DNA of 64,000 nucleotides from the NCBI GenBank assembly GCA_965203555.1, contig CBDBCY010000004.1, forward strand, positions 576,001 through 640,000, given 5' to 3'. Shown here one piece after another: positions 26,319 through 36,070 of this stretch. Within the stretch, counting starts at the first letter, position 1; each line of letters begins with the position of its first letter. The position numbers were made by a program, and so were the translations under genes. Source of the DNA: Acidimicrobiia bacterium (GTDB taxonomy: Bacteria; Actinomycetota; Acidimicrobiia; Spongiisociales; ZC4RG35). The notes under the pieces are model-generated. The model made no database searches, was not told where the DNA came from, and was given only the letters and a program-made list of their open reading frames with translations.

Positions 26319-26474
26319 AAACCGGCAGAAAAGTCGAGAACTCCCAAAGGCAGGCTCGCACTTCACCCTTTGTCCTAAGGATATGGCCTTCTACCTGGGA
26401 GAACAGTACGCTATGAATCCTCGGGAAACCGTCAGGAGCCTTAAGGAAGGTAAACAGGGAAAACCGGTGGTTTG

Positions 26475-26548
26475 TGGAGGTGACGGGATTTGAACCCGTG
26501 GCCCCTTCGTTGCGAACGAAGTGCTCTGCCTGGCTGAGCTACACCCCC
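26475..26548 (-). tRNA. tRNA-Ala(CGC)
   Basis: GGGGGTGTAGCTCAG...CTTCG-TTCGCAA-CGAAG...GGTTCAAATCC...CACCTCCA; G3:U70 pair. Confidence 0.96.
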
Positions 26549-26596
26549 GCGCCGGGAAGGCAGTTTACCAGCCCCTCCCTCTCCCATTTGGGGAGT

Positions 26597-27073
26597 TCAG
26601 CCCCCCGCCACCCGCCTGAGCGCCGGACGGGTTGCTTCGGAACGCTTGGCGGATGGGGTTCTGGTGGCGCCGCTGTCCCGCAGATGCATCGCCAGTCCGT
26701 AATAGATGATCAGCAAGGCGTCGCTGGCGGCATGAAACAGCCACCAGTTGATCGAACCGGTATACAGGGCAACTGCCGCCGACAGAACCGCCACGGCCAC
26801 CAGCACTGCTCTGACCCGGCGCCGACGGGTCGAAGCTCCCGACCGGTGCCCGCCAACAACCGGAACCGGCGCGCCGTAACCCCTTCGAGTGCCTGCCGCC
26901 GGAACCACGGTGATATCGGCGGCCGGCTTGGCGACAGACCTTGGATTGGGCGTCTTGGATCTCTTGCCGCGTACCTTCAGCGTTGAAGCATTGTGAGCGC
27001 CCGCCTTCTTAGGTATCAGAAACCATCCCCACACCACAACAATGACAAAAAGCGCGATAATCAGGGCCGCCAT
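26597..27073 (-). CDS. membrane protein, SepX/GlpR-like by synteny
   Basis: N-terminal TM ending WFLIP, RRRRVRAVL followed by two TM helices; lies between moaC and tRNA-Ala as in other actinobacteria. Confidence 0.65.
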   Translation of the reverse strand: MAALIIALFVIVVVWGWFLIPKKAGAHNASTLKVRGKRSKTPNPRSVAKPAADITVVPAAGTRRGYGAPVPVVGGHRSGASTRRRRVRAVLVAVAVLSAAVALYTGSINWWLFHAASDALLIIYYGLAMHLRDSGATRTPSAKRSEATRPALRRVAGG

Positions 27074-27221
27074 ACGGAATGCGAGTATACATCGCGGCGG
27101 GTTGGAGGGGGCTTTACCGAAAGGACACCCCAACCGTCAAAGTACGGACAAGAGGATCAGAGGATCCTTCCCGCCAAGCTCCACCGATTGGTTCAGGAAG
27201 GCCCTTGGGTCCCAGGAGGGT

Positions 27222-27698
27222 CTAGCGCTGCCACTCCCCCGACCTGCCGCCGCTTTTCTCCAACAGTTGGACCGGTCCGATCACCACACCCCGGTCGAGG
27301 CCCTTGATCATGTCGTAGAGGGCCAGCGCCGCCACCGAAACGGCCGCCATGGCTTCCATTTCCACCCCGGTGCGGGCCGTGGTTCGCACCTCGGCGGTTA
27401 TCACCATCCCGCCTTCACAGGGATCCAGGTTCACCTGGACCCCTGACAGGGGAAGGGGATGGCAGAGCGGGACGAGTTCGGCGGTCCGCTTGGCGGCCAT
27501 GATTCCGGCCAGCCTCACCACCGCCCCCACATCTCCTTTGGGAACGGTTCCCTCCACAATGGAGCGTTTCACCTCGGAACTGACCCCCACCCTGGCCTCC
27601 GCCACGGCCCGCCGCATCGTCTCGGGCTTGCCTCCCACCTCCACCATGTGCATCTCGCCCCGCTCATTCAGGTGCGAGACCGCCGCTTCCCTACTCAT
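27222..27698 (-). CDS. moaC: cyclic pyranopterin monophosphate synthase
   Basis: SHLNERGEMHMVEVG, AGIMAAKRT, PLCHPL, TGVEMEA, YDMIK, LLEKSGG. Confidence 0.96.
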   Translation of the reverse strand: MSREAAVSHLNERGEMHMVEVGGKPETMRRAVAEARVGVSSEVKRSIVEGTVPKGDVGAVVRLAGIMAAKRTAELVPLCHPLPLSGVQVNLDPCEGGMVITAEVRTTARTGVEMEAMAAVSVAALALYDMIKGLDRGVVIGPVQLLEKSGGRSGEWQR

Positions 27699-28944
27699 CG
27701 ACTTCCTCGTGCTCGCCGCGGGTTTCGGGAGATCGCAGCAGTTCGACATATACCGACTCTCCCTCTCCGATCACATCGACTCCCACTGGCACAACCGCCA
27801 TCCCATCCGCCGAAGCGGCGGCGGAGAGAACATTGGATGACTGGCCACCCGAGGAGCGGGCCACGATACGACCGTTCTCCAGGTTCACCACCACCCGAAC
27901 GAATACGGTCTTGGCCGGGTTGGTTCGGAGGGCATGTCCGGCCACCGCCGGCACCCGGGGCCGGTAGACCGCCCGCGACCCCATCATCTTCAGAAGCGAG
28001 GGGCGAACGAACTGCTCGTAGGCCACCAAGGCCGAGACGGGATTACCCGGCAGTCCGAACAGAGGAGTGCCGTTGATGTGCCCGAAGGCGAACGGCTTGG
28101 CGGGCTGCATCGCCACTTTCCACAACTCGATGTCCCCCAGGCTCGACAGGACCTGCTTCACCAGGTCGTACTCCCCCATGGAGACTCCCCCCGAGGTCAC
28201 CGTGACGTCCGCCCGGTCGGAGGCTTCCAGCAGGGCGGACCGCAGTGTATCCTCCTCGTCGGGGATGATCCCCATGTCTATGATCTCCACCCCCAACTCG
28301 GCCAGCAGGCCCTTCAACAGGGGTCGGTTGGAGTCCCGTATCCCGCCGGGGGGAAGGGTGGGACGACCCACCGGGAACAACTCGTCTCCGGTTGACAGCA
28401 CGGCTGCCCGCGCTCTTCTTCTCACCTTGGGGGCGGCTATCCCGATAGTGGCCAAAACCCCCAGGTGGACCGGGCCCAGCCGGGACCCGGCCGGCAACAC
28501 CAACTGTCCTTCCTCCAGATCGCCGCCGGCCGGTCTCACCGCGGTCCCCATTTCCACCGACGACATGATCCGAACCCGCCCGTCCGCAAGCGGCTGGGTG
28601 TCCTCCACCTTGACAACCGCTTCAGCGCCGGCCGGCATGGGCGCCCCGGTCATGATTTTGATGACTTGACCAGAGACGACCGGCCCGGAGGCAACCCGGC
28701 CTGCCGGCACGTCTTCGCTGATGATCAACTTCACCGGCGGGTGCGCCACATCCGCCACCCGCACCGCATAGCCGTCCATGGCGGAATTGGCGAAAGGCGG
28801 GACCGCATGTGGGGCCACCACGTCGGAAGCCAATGCCAGCCCCTGAGCCTGCTCCAGGGGCACCTCCATGGCAGGCAGGAGAGCCATTGCCGAGAGCACC
28901 TCCCGCCGGGCCTCCGTGAGTGGTTTCATCTCTTCGCCAGCCAT
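27691..28944 (-). CDS. moeA: molybdopterin molybdotransferase
   Basis: PPFANSAMDGYA, IMTGAPMP, STGDEL, SGGVSMGEYD, GLPGNPVS. Confidence 0.96.
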   Translation of the reverse strand: MAGEEMKPLTEARREVLSAMALLPAMEVPLEQAQGLALASDVVAPHAVPPFANSAMDGYAVRVADVAHPPVKLIISEDVPAGRVASGPVVSGQVIKIMTGAPMPAGAEAVVKVEDTQPLADGRVRIMSSVEMGTAVRPAGGDLEEGQLVLPAGSRLGPVHLGVLATIGIAAPKVRRRARAAVLSTGDELFPVGRPTLPPGGIRDSNRPLLKGLLAELGVEIIDMGIIPDEEDTLRSALLEASDRADVTVTSGGVSMGEYDLVKQVLSSLGDIELWKVAMQPAKPFAFGHINGTPLFGLPGNPVSALVAYEQFVRPSLLKMMGSRAVYRPRVPAVAGHALRTNPAKTVFVRVVVNLENGRIVARSSGGQSSNVLSAAASADGMAVVPVGVDVIGEGESVYVELLRSPETRGEHEEVDE

Positions 28945-28946
28945 GA

Positions 28947-29543
28947 TCACCCGGTGCCGGACCTTCTCTCCCTCCACGTGTCCAGGTTGGATCGATGGCG
29001 ATAGAGGATCACCACAACTATCACCACCAACCAAACCAGAGCCGGAAAACCCATACCCTGCCAGTAACTGATCGGCAGGTAAACGACCGCGGCAAGCGTG
29101 GAACCGGCCGCCGGGAATTTGGCGAGCCGGGCCACCACCACCCACAACACAGCCATCACCACCGTCACCAGCGGCAGGATGAACAGCATCGCTCCGAACA
29201 TGGTGGCCACGCCCTTGCCTCCCCGGAACCGATGGAACACCGGATAGCAGTGTCCGATGACCGCCGCCGCCCCGGCCAGCATGATCTCCCAGGAGTCCAC
29301 CGGATTGACCGCTTCCACCGCCAACCAGGCCAGATATGCGGCCACAAGTCCTTTCAGGATGTCTCCGACCAGCACCATGATCCCCGGGAACACCCCCACC
29401 ACCCGGAAAACGTTGGCGGCGCCGGGGTTGCCGCTGCCATGGGCGCGGATGTCGACGCCTCGCAGGCGGCACACGAAAATGGCAAAATCGATCGAGCCGA
29501 TCAGATAGGAGGCGACCACGGCCGCCACTACAGAAATATCCAT
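28947..29543 (-). CDS. plsY: glycerol-3-phosphate acyltransferase
   Basis: YLIGSI, GSGNPGAANV, GHCYPVF, FRGGKGVAT, RHRSN. Confidence 0.95.
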   Translation of the reverse strand: MDISVVAAVVASYLIGSIDFAIFVCRLRGVDIRAHGSGNPGAANVFRVVGVFPGIMVLVGDILKGLVAAYLAWLAVEAVNPVDSWEIMLAGAAAVIGHCYPVFHRFRGGKGVATMFGAMLFILPLVTVVMAVLWVVVARLAKFPAAGSTLAAVVYLPISYWQGMGFPALVWLVVIVVVILYRHRSNLDTWRERRSGTG

Positions 29544-29628
29544 GATTGTTTACTAGTTTATGCTCCTCGCACGGTCGGAGGTATTCTGAGGTTCGGTTTC
29601 CCCGCGTCATCTAACCGAAACCCACGCT

Positions 29629-29940
29629 ATGCCCACCTACGAATACCTTTGTCGCCAGTGCGGTGACCGAATGGAGGTTTGGCAGTCTTTCAAAGACGAC
29701 CCGCTGAGTCTGCACGAGTCCTGCGGGGGGTCGCTGCGAAAGGTATTTCATGCCCGCGGGGTGGTCTTCAAAGGTCCGGGCTTCTATGTAACCGACTCCC
29801 GCAAGCCCAACCCGGCCAATCGAGGCGCCAACGGCCAGTCGTCCGAGTCATCCAGGGACGACGCGTCCGGAGACTCCAAGTCCAGCAATGAGAAGACAAA
29901 GGTGAGATCCTCGGAGAGGAAGAAGGCCTCGTCGGAGTAG
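29629..29940 (+). CDS. FmdB-family zinc-ribbon protein
   Basis: MPTYEYLCRQCG, VVFKGPGFYVTDSR. Confidence 0.92.
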   Translation: MPTYEYLCRQCGDRMEVWQSFKDDPLSLHESCGGSLRKVFHARGVVFKGPGFYVTDSRKPNPANRGANGQSSESSRDDASGDSKSSNEKTKVRSSERKKASSE

Positions 29941-30048
29941 GGACAACCCCACCTCCCCGCGCCGAAGGCGGGAAATGTACCGGTGGGTCGCGAATCATTC
30001 CTGCCCCGGGGGGTGATGTCTCCGCCGGATCGCCAACCATCCTGTGGA

Positions 30049-30585
30049 ATGCTGTGGTTTACTCGCCGTTCCTACCTGAAATGGGCCGCGGCGGCGATGA
30101 TTGTCGGTGTCTCCTGGTGGATCCAACTGATGCCTGCGCCAACTACGCTGCACCCCTTCGCCGCAACTGACATCGAAGCGGGATCAGAGATCCACGACGA
30201 TCTGTTCGAGTTCCGCCGGGTACCGGTGGGGCTTCTGCCGCCCACGACCATCCAGGGGACTCTGACCGTAGCCATGGCTGCCGGAGAGCCCCTGCTTGCA
30301 TCCCTGGTCGCCGTGGATCGGGTCCCGGCGCCCGATGGCTGGTGGGCCGTGGAATTGGAGTCGCCCCCCGGTCTGACCCCAGGCAAACGGGTGATGCTGA
30401 TAGCCGGCGAGCAGGATCCGGGGTCACCGGGCCAGGCGATACCCGGCATCGTGATCAGCCCTGGCTTGGGGAGATACGAATCCGAGGATGCCACCCTGAT
30501 CGCCGTCCCGGGGCAGCATCTGTCCCGGGTCTCTTCCGCTTCTGCCTACGGCACTCTGACAGTGGCCGTGGCGCCGAACCGCTAG
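30049..30585 (+). CDS. SAF-domain protein (start uncertain)
   Basis: TM helix, then AATDIEAG...VPVG...MAAGEPL; follows FmdB as in other actinobacteria. Confidence 0.7.
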   Translation: MLWFTRRSYLKWAAAAMIVGVSWWIQLMPAPTTLHPFAATDIEAGSEIHDDLFEFRRVPVGLLPPTTIQGTLTVAMAAGEPLLASLVAVDRVPAPDGWWAVELESPPGLTPGKRVMLIAGEQDPGSPGQAIPGIVISPGLGRYESEDATLIAVPGQHLSRVSSASAYGTLTVAVAPNR

Positions 30586-30596
30586 GGTGTCATCTC

Positions 30597-31370
30597 ATGG
30601 TCAACTCACTGGTATGGGGCATAATCCAGGGACTCACGGAGTTTCTTCCCGTCTCGTCCAGCGGCCACCTGGTTCTGGCCCCGGCCCTGCTGGCGGACAT
30701 GGGACTGCAGGTCGCCACCCCCACCCTGGCGGAAAGCGCCTTCCTGCATCTGGGCACCCTTGCGGCAGTGGTCTTCTACTACCGACAGGATCTGCGCAGG
30801 CTGCTCAGATTCAGGACCTGCAGAAACAGCCGCCACCTGTGGGGCCTGCTGGCGGTGGGCACCGCCCCCGCCGCTTTGGGCCTGGTGGTGGAAGACTGGG
30901 TGGAAACCGCCCAGGAAAACCCGGCGGCGGTCTCCGGCGCCCTGCTCTTCACCACCGCCGCCCTCCTTTGGGGTCAGTGGCTCGGGAAGCGGAACGGGCG
31001 CCTGGAGGAGGCCCGATGGAGTGACGGTCTGTGGGTGGGATTGGCGCAAACCCTGGCCTTCATGCCGGGAGTTTCTCGCTCGGCGGTGACCATCAGCACC
31101 GGGATGGCGCGAGGTCTCTCCCCCCGTCAGGCGACCCGGTATTCCTTCCTGCTGGCCGTTCCGGCCATCGCCGCCGCCGGCCTGCGATCTTTGACGCGGA
31201 TGGATCTGACGACCGAGACCCTGGGGCCGGCCGTGGTCGGTCTAGTGGCGGCGGCGGTAGTGGGGTATTTTGCAATAGTCGGTCTGCTGTCGGTGATCCG
31301 CCGCATCGGGTTGGCCCCGTTCGCGGCTTACACCGCCGCGGCAGCCGCGGTGGGGCTCTACGTACTCTGA
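30597..31370 (+). CDS. uppP: undecaprenyl-diphosphate phosphatase
   Basis: GIIQGLTEFLPVSSSGH, LHLGT, PGVSRS, YSFLLAVP. Confidence 0.96.
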   Translation: MVNSLVWGIIQGLTEFLPVSSSGHLVLAPALLADMGLQVATPTLAESAFLHLGTLAAVVFYYRQDLRRLLRFRTCRNSRHLWGLLAVGTAPAALGLVVEDWVETAQENPAAVSGALLFTTAALLWGQWLGKRNGRLEEARWSDGLWVGLAQTLAFMPGVSRSAVTISTGMARGLSPRQATRYSFLLAVPAIAAAGLRSLTRMDLTTETLGPAVVGLVAAAVVGYFAIVGLLSVIRRIGLAPFAAYTAAAAAVGLYVL

Positions 31371-31407
31371 GGACAGCGCCGAGATTCGGCCGGGCAAAAC
31401 CCGTTGT

Positions 31408-31839
31408 TCAATCGATCACATGCGGTTCGGAGGTGGACGTGACCGCCACGTCTATCCGGTCCGCGTCCGACGCCAGCCGCAGCAGGACCAGTGGCGTCGA
31501 TCCCCTCACTCGCACCGACACCGACCGGTGGTCGGGACTGACCACGATCTGGGCGGGTGCGTCCAGCAGAGACGCCTGGGGATGGCGGGAAACAAGGTTT
31601 CGCCCCAGGCGCTCGGCCCGGGCCGGATCGAGGCGGACCTGCCCGGTCCGTCGCCAATGTTCCTCGGAGATCCCCGAAGCCGCAGCCGTGGCTATCGCCT
31701 CCGCCAGCCCCGACAGGCGGGCATGCAGGGTCACCGCCGACCAAAGATCCAATCCCATTCCCCCCAGGACAAGAAGGCAGATCCCCAAACCCAGGAGCCA
31801 GATGGTGATGGAACCGTTTTGTCCCTTTGCACATGTCAT
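31408..31839 (-). CDS. Tad pilus pseudopilin (TadG-like)
   Basis: NGSITIWLLGLG...GMGLDLW...LAEAIATAAA; last gene of the tad operon. Confidence 0.75.
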   Translation of the reverse strand: MTCAKGQNGSITIWLLGLGICLLVLGGMGLDLWSAVTLHARLSGLAEAIATAAASGISEEHWRRTGQVRLDPARAERLGRNLVSRHPQASLLDAPAQIVVSPDHRSVSVRVRGSTPLVLLRLASDADRIDVAVTSTSEPHVID

Positions 31840-32288
31840 GGGGTGGAGCGATAAAGACCCACCATCTCGATTTGGGAGGCCCGGATCGTGATGCCTCCCA
31901 CCGCCCCGTAGGGAGTGACAAAGGCCGGCGCTCGGGTGACAATCACCACCTTCACCATTGTTCCCTTCACCGGAGGACCGCAACCGGACCGGGGCGGGGA
32001 GGTGACCGGGCCTGTCTCACCGTCACAGAACCCGATGTCCACCCCGCCCGCTCCCACATCGTGATTGAGGGCGATCTGTCGGACCAACCGCAGCGCGCTC
32101 GCCTCCGACCCGTCAGACAGCACCAACTCGCGGGCAGCTTCCGCCGCCGCGATCCTGGCGAACACGATCCGCTCCAAAAGGGGCGCGAAGGATAGCGCCA
32201 GCAGAGCCAGGGGAATCAGTATCACCCCTATACCCAGCACCAACTCGATCGGCGCCGAGCCCCGCTGAGCTTTCGGTCCCTCTCTCAT
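31836..32288 (-). CDS. TadE-like pseudopilin
   Basis: RG|SAPIELVLG prepilin motif, AAAEAAREL. Confidence 0.75.
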   Translation of the reverse strand: MREGPKAQRGSAPIELVLGIGVILIPLALLALSFAPLLERIVFARIAAAEAARELVLSDGSEASALRLVRQIALNHDVGAGGVDIGFCDGETGPVTSPPRSGCGPPVKGTMVKVVIVTRAPAFVTPYGAVGGITIRASQIEMVGLYRSTP

Positions 32289-32704
32289 TCCCGCTCCGAG
32301 GCGGCGACGGCGGCCATCTCGAACCGGAAATCGGGAACCCCCGGCAACCAGGCGGGAAACGTCACCACCGCGCCGGCCATGGTTCGGCCGGCGCCGGTGA
32401 CGCATCGATAGGACACTCCCGAACCCATCCGGCCTCCCAGCAATCCGGTCAGAACCTCGCCTACGCGGGCCTCGCACCGGGCTGCGTCGACACCGAAGCG
32501 AGCCCCGTGACGGGCGCCCTCATCCAAGGCCATCCGGACCACGCCCCGGCCGTACTGGACCACCAACAGGTTGGCCAACAGGACGAAGAACAACATGGAG
32601 AACCCCGCGGCCACCACAAAGTTCATGGTGGCGAATCCCCGGGAGTCCCCCATCCGCCGCCCCACGCCGCCGGGAAGCGGTTTCGAGTGCATGCGCCGGC
32701 TCAC
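32285..32704 (-). CDS. TadE-like pseudopilin
   Basis: RG|FATMNF hydrophobic N-terminus, ALDEGARHGA. Confidence 0.75.
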   Translation of the reverse strand: MSRRMHSKPLPGGVGRRMGDSRGFATMNFVVAAGFSMLFFVLLANLLVVQYGRGVVRMALDEGARHGARFGVDAARCEARVGEVLTGLLGGRMGSGVSYRCVTGAGRTMAGAVVTFPAWLPGVPDFRFEMAAVAASERE

Positions 32705-32722
32705 CGACCGAAACCTTCTGAG

Positions 32723-32929
32723 TTACTTGAGCCCGGAGGACAGTTGCGCGCGAATCCACCCCACGATGTCGGTGCCCAACGTTTGCAACACGGCCCAGAT
32801 GGCCAGAAGCGCCACCACCGCCAGGGCGGCGTTCCCCAACAACTCAGCGGTGCTGAGACCTTCTTCCCGACGCCAGAACATCGAGACCCTTTCTCTGATG
32901 AAATGATGTGCTGTGACCAGCATGTGCAT
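32723..32929 (-). CDS. flp: Flp-family major pilin
   Basis: REEG|LSTAE followed by a hydrophobic helix; AAGGAGA RBS. Confidence 0.75.
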   Translation of the reverse strand: MHMLVTAHHFIRERVSMFWRREEGLSTAELLGNAALAVVALLAIWAVLQTLGTDIVGWIRAQLSSGLK

Positions 32930-32952
32930 TATCTCCTTTCTTGTCGTTTTCT

Positions 32953-33903
32953 CTATTTCCAACCGAGAATCAACTGGGGAAGCGGCGCCGCCACAAACAG
33001 CAGCATCACCGGCGCCAAGATGGCGATGGTGGGAATCAGCATGGCCGAACGTCTCTTGGTGGCGGACCGCCTGAGCGTCTCCCGGCGCGCCTGGCGGGCG
33101 TCATCAGCCAGTGCCCTGAGACCCGAGGCCAAGTCCACCCCCATCTCCTCCGACGAGGCGAGCAACTTGTAGGTCCGCGCGCAATGGGGTTCGGGGGTTA
33201 TTTCAGCCAGTCTTCGAAATGCCGCCGGGGCGCTCATCCCTGACTTGTGCATCCGAAGAGCTGTCCTCAACTCCCCGATCACCTCCCCCCTGCCGCGTTC
33301 GGTGAGTTCCCCCACCGCGTGCATGATCCCGCTTCCCGATCTCACCCGGATGGCGAGCAATTGATTGATGGTGGAAATCTCGATCTTCATGGCCGACCGG
33401 CGCTGCTCCAGGGCTCTGTCCAACCGGCCGCGTACTCGCAGAGCGCCTACCAGTCCGAGCGCGAAGGAGGAGACCAGCACCACCAGAGTGGATTGGCGAA
33501 GAACCACACTGATCCCCGCTCCCGCCCCGAGAAACATCACCGCCGCCCCCAGCAGGGCCAGACGGTAGGAGGCGACCCGGTCCCGGTCGTCGAGGCCGGG
33601 ATAGAGCCGAGCCTGGCGAAGCCGGAGCGTCAACTGGTCCTCTCCCATCCGTTCGGCAAGCCTCCCCATGGCGTGGGCCGCCGCCATGACCATGGGGCCG
33701 AACAGACGCACCGGGGCGGAGCGTGATGTCCCCACCGATGGAACGCCGGCGCCCGAACCGGCGCCCAACCTGCCACCGGCGCCGGTGTAGGGACGAACCC
33801 TCCCGCTCAGACGCTTGGGCGGCGGGAACAACCAGATCAGCACTCCCACCACCGTTATGGAAGTGAGGAACGCGGCTATCAGGTGGGCGGACGGTTCTAC
33901 CAT
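32953..33903 (-). CDS. tadC: Tad inner-membrane platform protein (T2SS F family)
   Basis: TM segments, GVDLASGLRALA...RRETLRRSATK...MLIP. Confidence 0.85.
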   Translation of the reverse strand: MVEPSAHLIAAFLTSITVVGVLIWLFPPPKRLSGRVRPYTGAGGRLGAGSGAGVPSVGTSRSAPVRLFGPMVMAAAHAMGRLAERMGEDQLTLRLRQARLYPGLDDRDRVASYRLALLGAAVMFLGAGAGISVVLRQSTLVVLVSSFALGLVGALRVRGRLDRALEQRRSAMKIEISTINQLLAIRVRSGSGIMHAVGELTERGRGEVIGELRTALRMHKSGMSAPAAFRRLAEITPEPHCARTYKLLASSEEMGVDLASGLRALADDARQARRETLRRSATKRRSAMLIPTIAILAPVMLLFVAAPLPQLILGWK

Positions 33904-34784
33904 TCGGCGTTCCTTCCACCAGCCTTGGTCAGGACCCGCGGTTCATCCTGGGGACGAGCCAGCCGAGAGATAATTGCTATTCCCAACAGTGACAGGCCGG
34001 CGCCGATCGCCACCACCAGGATCCCCGCCGGGGAGGAGTAGAAGGAACGGAAAGGGCCGGGGCGGAAGGTCAGGGCCACCAACACCAGCCAGGGCAGCAT
34101 GAACACCACCCGGGCATTGATACGCTGCTCCAGGGCCTCGGTCTGCTCCTCTTCGGTGGCGGCCAGGTCCATGGAAGTGGAGTCGGCCAGATCGCGAAGT
34201 ATCTCGGGGATCAGCGCCCCACCCCGTTCATGGGCAATCATCAACACCTCGATTACCCGGTCGCTGGTGGGGTCGGCCAGGTCCTCCTTGATTGATTCCA
34301 GGGCTGGAACCACTCCCAGAGTGCGAGCCAGCACCGGAAACCGACCGAACGCCTCCTTCAACGGCGCGGGACCCGAAAGGGCCAGATTTTCGAGCGCTCG
34401 CTGCACCGACATGCCGGAGGAAACCGCTCCGATAACGTCGCGGATCCCGTCCGGCCAAGCTTTTCTGACCTCCGAAAGCCTCCTGGTCCGCACCCGTGAG
34501 AAATAGAAACGGGGAAGCAGAGAGATCAACACCGAGGGGGGCAGCGCCACCGCCCACACTCCCGACAGCCCGAGGAGAATCACCAGCGCCGCCAGACCCA
34601 CACCTGCCGAACCCATGGTGAACTGAAACGGGGTTATGTTCAGACCGGCCTGCGCCAGCCACAGTTCCCGCCCTCCTCCGTTCCCGGCGGGCCTGGCGAA
34701 CCGCAACCGCGGACGAACCCCCATCAACGCTGCGGCGGCCAAGGACACGAAAGTCCCGCTGGCCACGGCCGCAGCCCACCTCAC
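33897..34784 (-). CDS. tadB: Tad inner-membrane platform protein (T2SS F family)
   Basis: AWPDGIRDVIGAVSSGMS, LADPTSDRVIE, ERGG, INARVVFMLPW. Confidence 0.85.
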   Translation of the reverse strand: MRWAAAVASGTFVSLAAAALMGVRPRLRFARPAGNGGGRELWLAQAGLNITPFQFTMGSAGVGLAALVILLGLSGVWAVALPPSVLISLLPRFYFSRVRTRRLSEVRKAWPDGIRDVIGAVSSGMSVQRALENLALSGPAPLKEAFGRFPVLARTLGVVPALESIKEDLADPTSDRVIEVLMIAHERGGALIPEILRDLADSTSMDLAATEEEQTEALEQRINARVVFMLPWLVLVALTFRPGPFRSFYSSPAGILVVAIGAGLSLLGIAIISRLARPQDEPRVLTKAGGRNAEW

Positions 34785-36070
34785 CGCGCCCCTCCCCGGG
34801 AACCCAGGATCCCCTCCATAGGCATCCCCGCCGCCCGTTCGATGCGGACGCGCAGCGCTTCGGGCAGCGAATCCCCGCTCCACGTCATGGGTTCTCCCAG
34901 CCGCGGCCGGGAGAACAGAACATGGACGGAGAAGGATCCCTCGCTGCCGGGAGTAACCGAAATGATCTCTCGCACCTGCCGCATGGGACTTTCGCCCCGG
35001 CCCTCTCCCGCGGCTTCGCGGTCCACGTGGATGATCAGGTCGATGGCAGAAACAAACACTCTCCGAACAACCGACTCGCTGACATTCTCGCCGGCCATCA
35101 ATGCGGCGCTCACCAGGGCAGCCAGCGCGTCGGCCGCCGAATTGGCGTGCACCGTGCAGGCAAACCCGCATCCGGCGTTGGCAGCGCGGGTCAACTCGAA
35201 AGCCTCGGCGCCCCTGACCTCTCCTACCACGATCAGATCGGGACGCATGGCAAGGATCGCCTTCACCAGCACTCGCAGGCTGATTTCTCCCGTACCGTCC
35301 AGTCCTGGGGGTCGCGCTTCATAAAAGGATCCGTGGACCAGCGGGATGTGCAACTCCCGGACCTCCTCGCAGCAGCGAATACAGCGGGTGGGAGGACAAG
35401 CGTCCAACAGAGCGCTCAACATGGATGTCTTCCCCGCCCCGGGCGGGCCGGAAACGACCACCCCACACTCGGTCTGCATGGCGGCGGCCAGGAAACGGGC
35501 GGCTTCCGGGGTCATGGACCCCAGTCGGACCAACGACTCCAGGTCCTGGCGGCGGAGGGCGTATCGCCGAAGGGTCACTGACAGGCGATCGGCTATGGGC
35601 GGGATGACCGCCGTGAGCCGGGCCGAATCATCCAAGACCCTGGCCTGAACGATGGGCTGGGAGGCATCCAACCGGCGATCGCTTCCCGCCAGCAAGCGAT
35701 CCACCACCTGCTGGTTCTCTTCCAGGGTGGTCGGTTCCTTGAGGCCCTGCAACCTCCCTGCACCGTCGATGAAAGTCACCCGGGGACCCTCGATGAATAC
35801 CTCCTCCACGTCGGAGCGGGCGAGTATCGAGGTGAGAGGCCCGTAGTCGGCGATGGACAGAAGGACCCGCTCGGTCATGTCGTCCGGATCCCGGAGGGCC
35901 CGGCCCAGTCCCACCTGAGTTCGACGGCAATACTCCTTTACCGCCTGCTCCACCTGCCTCCGCGCCCCCGGCCGATCCGTCTCCGGATCAATGCTCCGTT
36001 CCTCCATGAACTCCAGGGCGGTCCGGCGGATCTCCGCGTACGCCTGCCGGACGCCTTTGCGGTCATTCAC
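34781..36070 (-). CDS. tadA: Tad/CpaF pilus assembly ATPase
   Basis: YGPL, ARLTAVIPP, SGPPGAGKT, EEVREL, MRPDLIVVGEVRGAEA, TVHANS. Confidence 0.95.
   Translation of the reverse strand: MNDRKGVRQAYAEIRRTALEFMEERSIDPETDRPGARRQVEQAVKEYCRRTQVGLGRALRDPDDMTERVLLSIADYGPLTSILARSDVEEVFIEGPRVTFIDGAGRLQGLKEPTTLEENQQVVDRLLAGSDRRLDASQPIVQARVLDDSARLTAVIPPIADRLSVTLRRYALRRQDLESLVRLGSMTPEAARFLAAAMQTECGVVVSGPPGAGKTSMLSALLDACPPTRCIRCCEEVRELHIPLVHGSFYEARPPGLDGTGEISLRVLVKAILAMRPDLIVVGEVRGAEAFELTRAANAGCGFACTVHANSAADALAALVSAALMAGENVSESVVRRVFVSAIDLIIHVDREAAGEGRGESPMRQVREIISVTPGSEGSFSVHVLFSRPRLGEPMTWSGDSLPEALRVRIERAAGMPMEGILGSRGGAR

Noticed and set aside
27691-29610. 639-aa MoeA with a long N-terminal extension (similar extensions on E1 beta, TrpC, Hyi and VapB ORFs)
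   Set aside because: The extensions are off-frame read-through across upstream genes; conserved domains begin at downstream starts.
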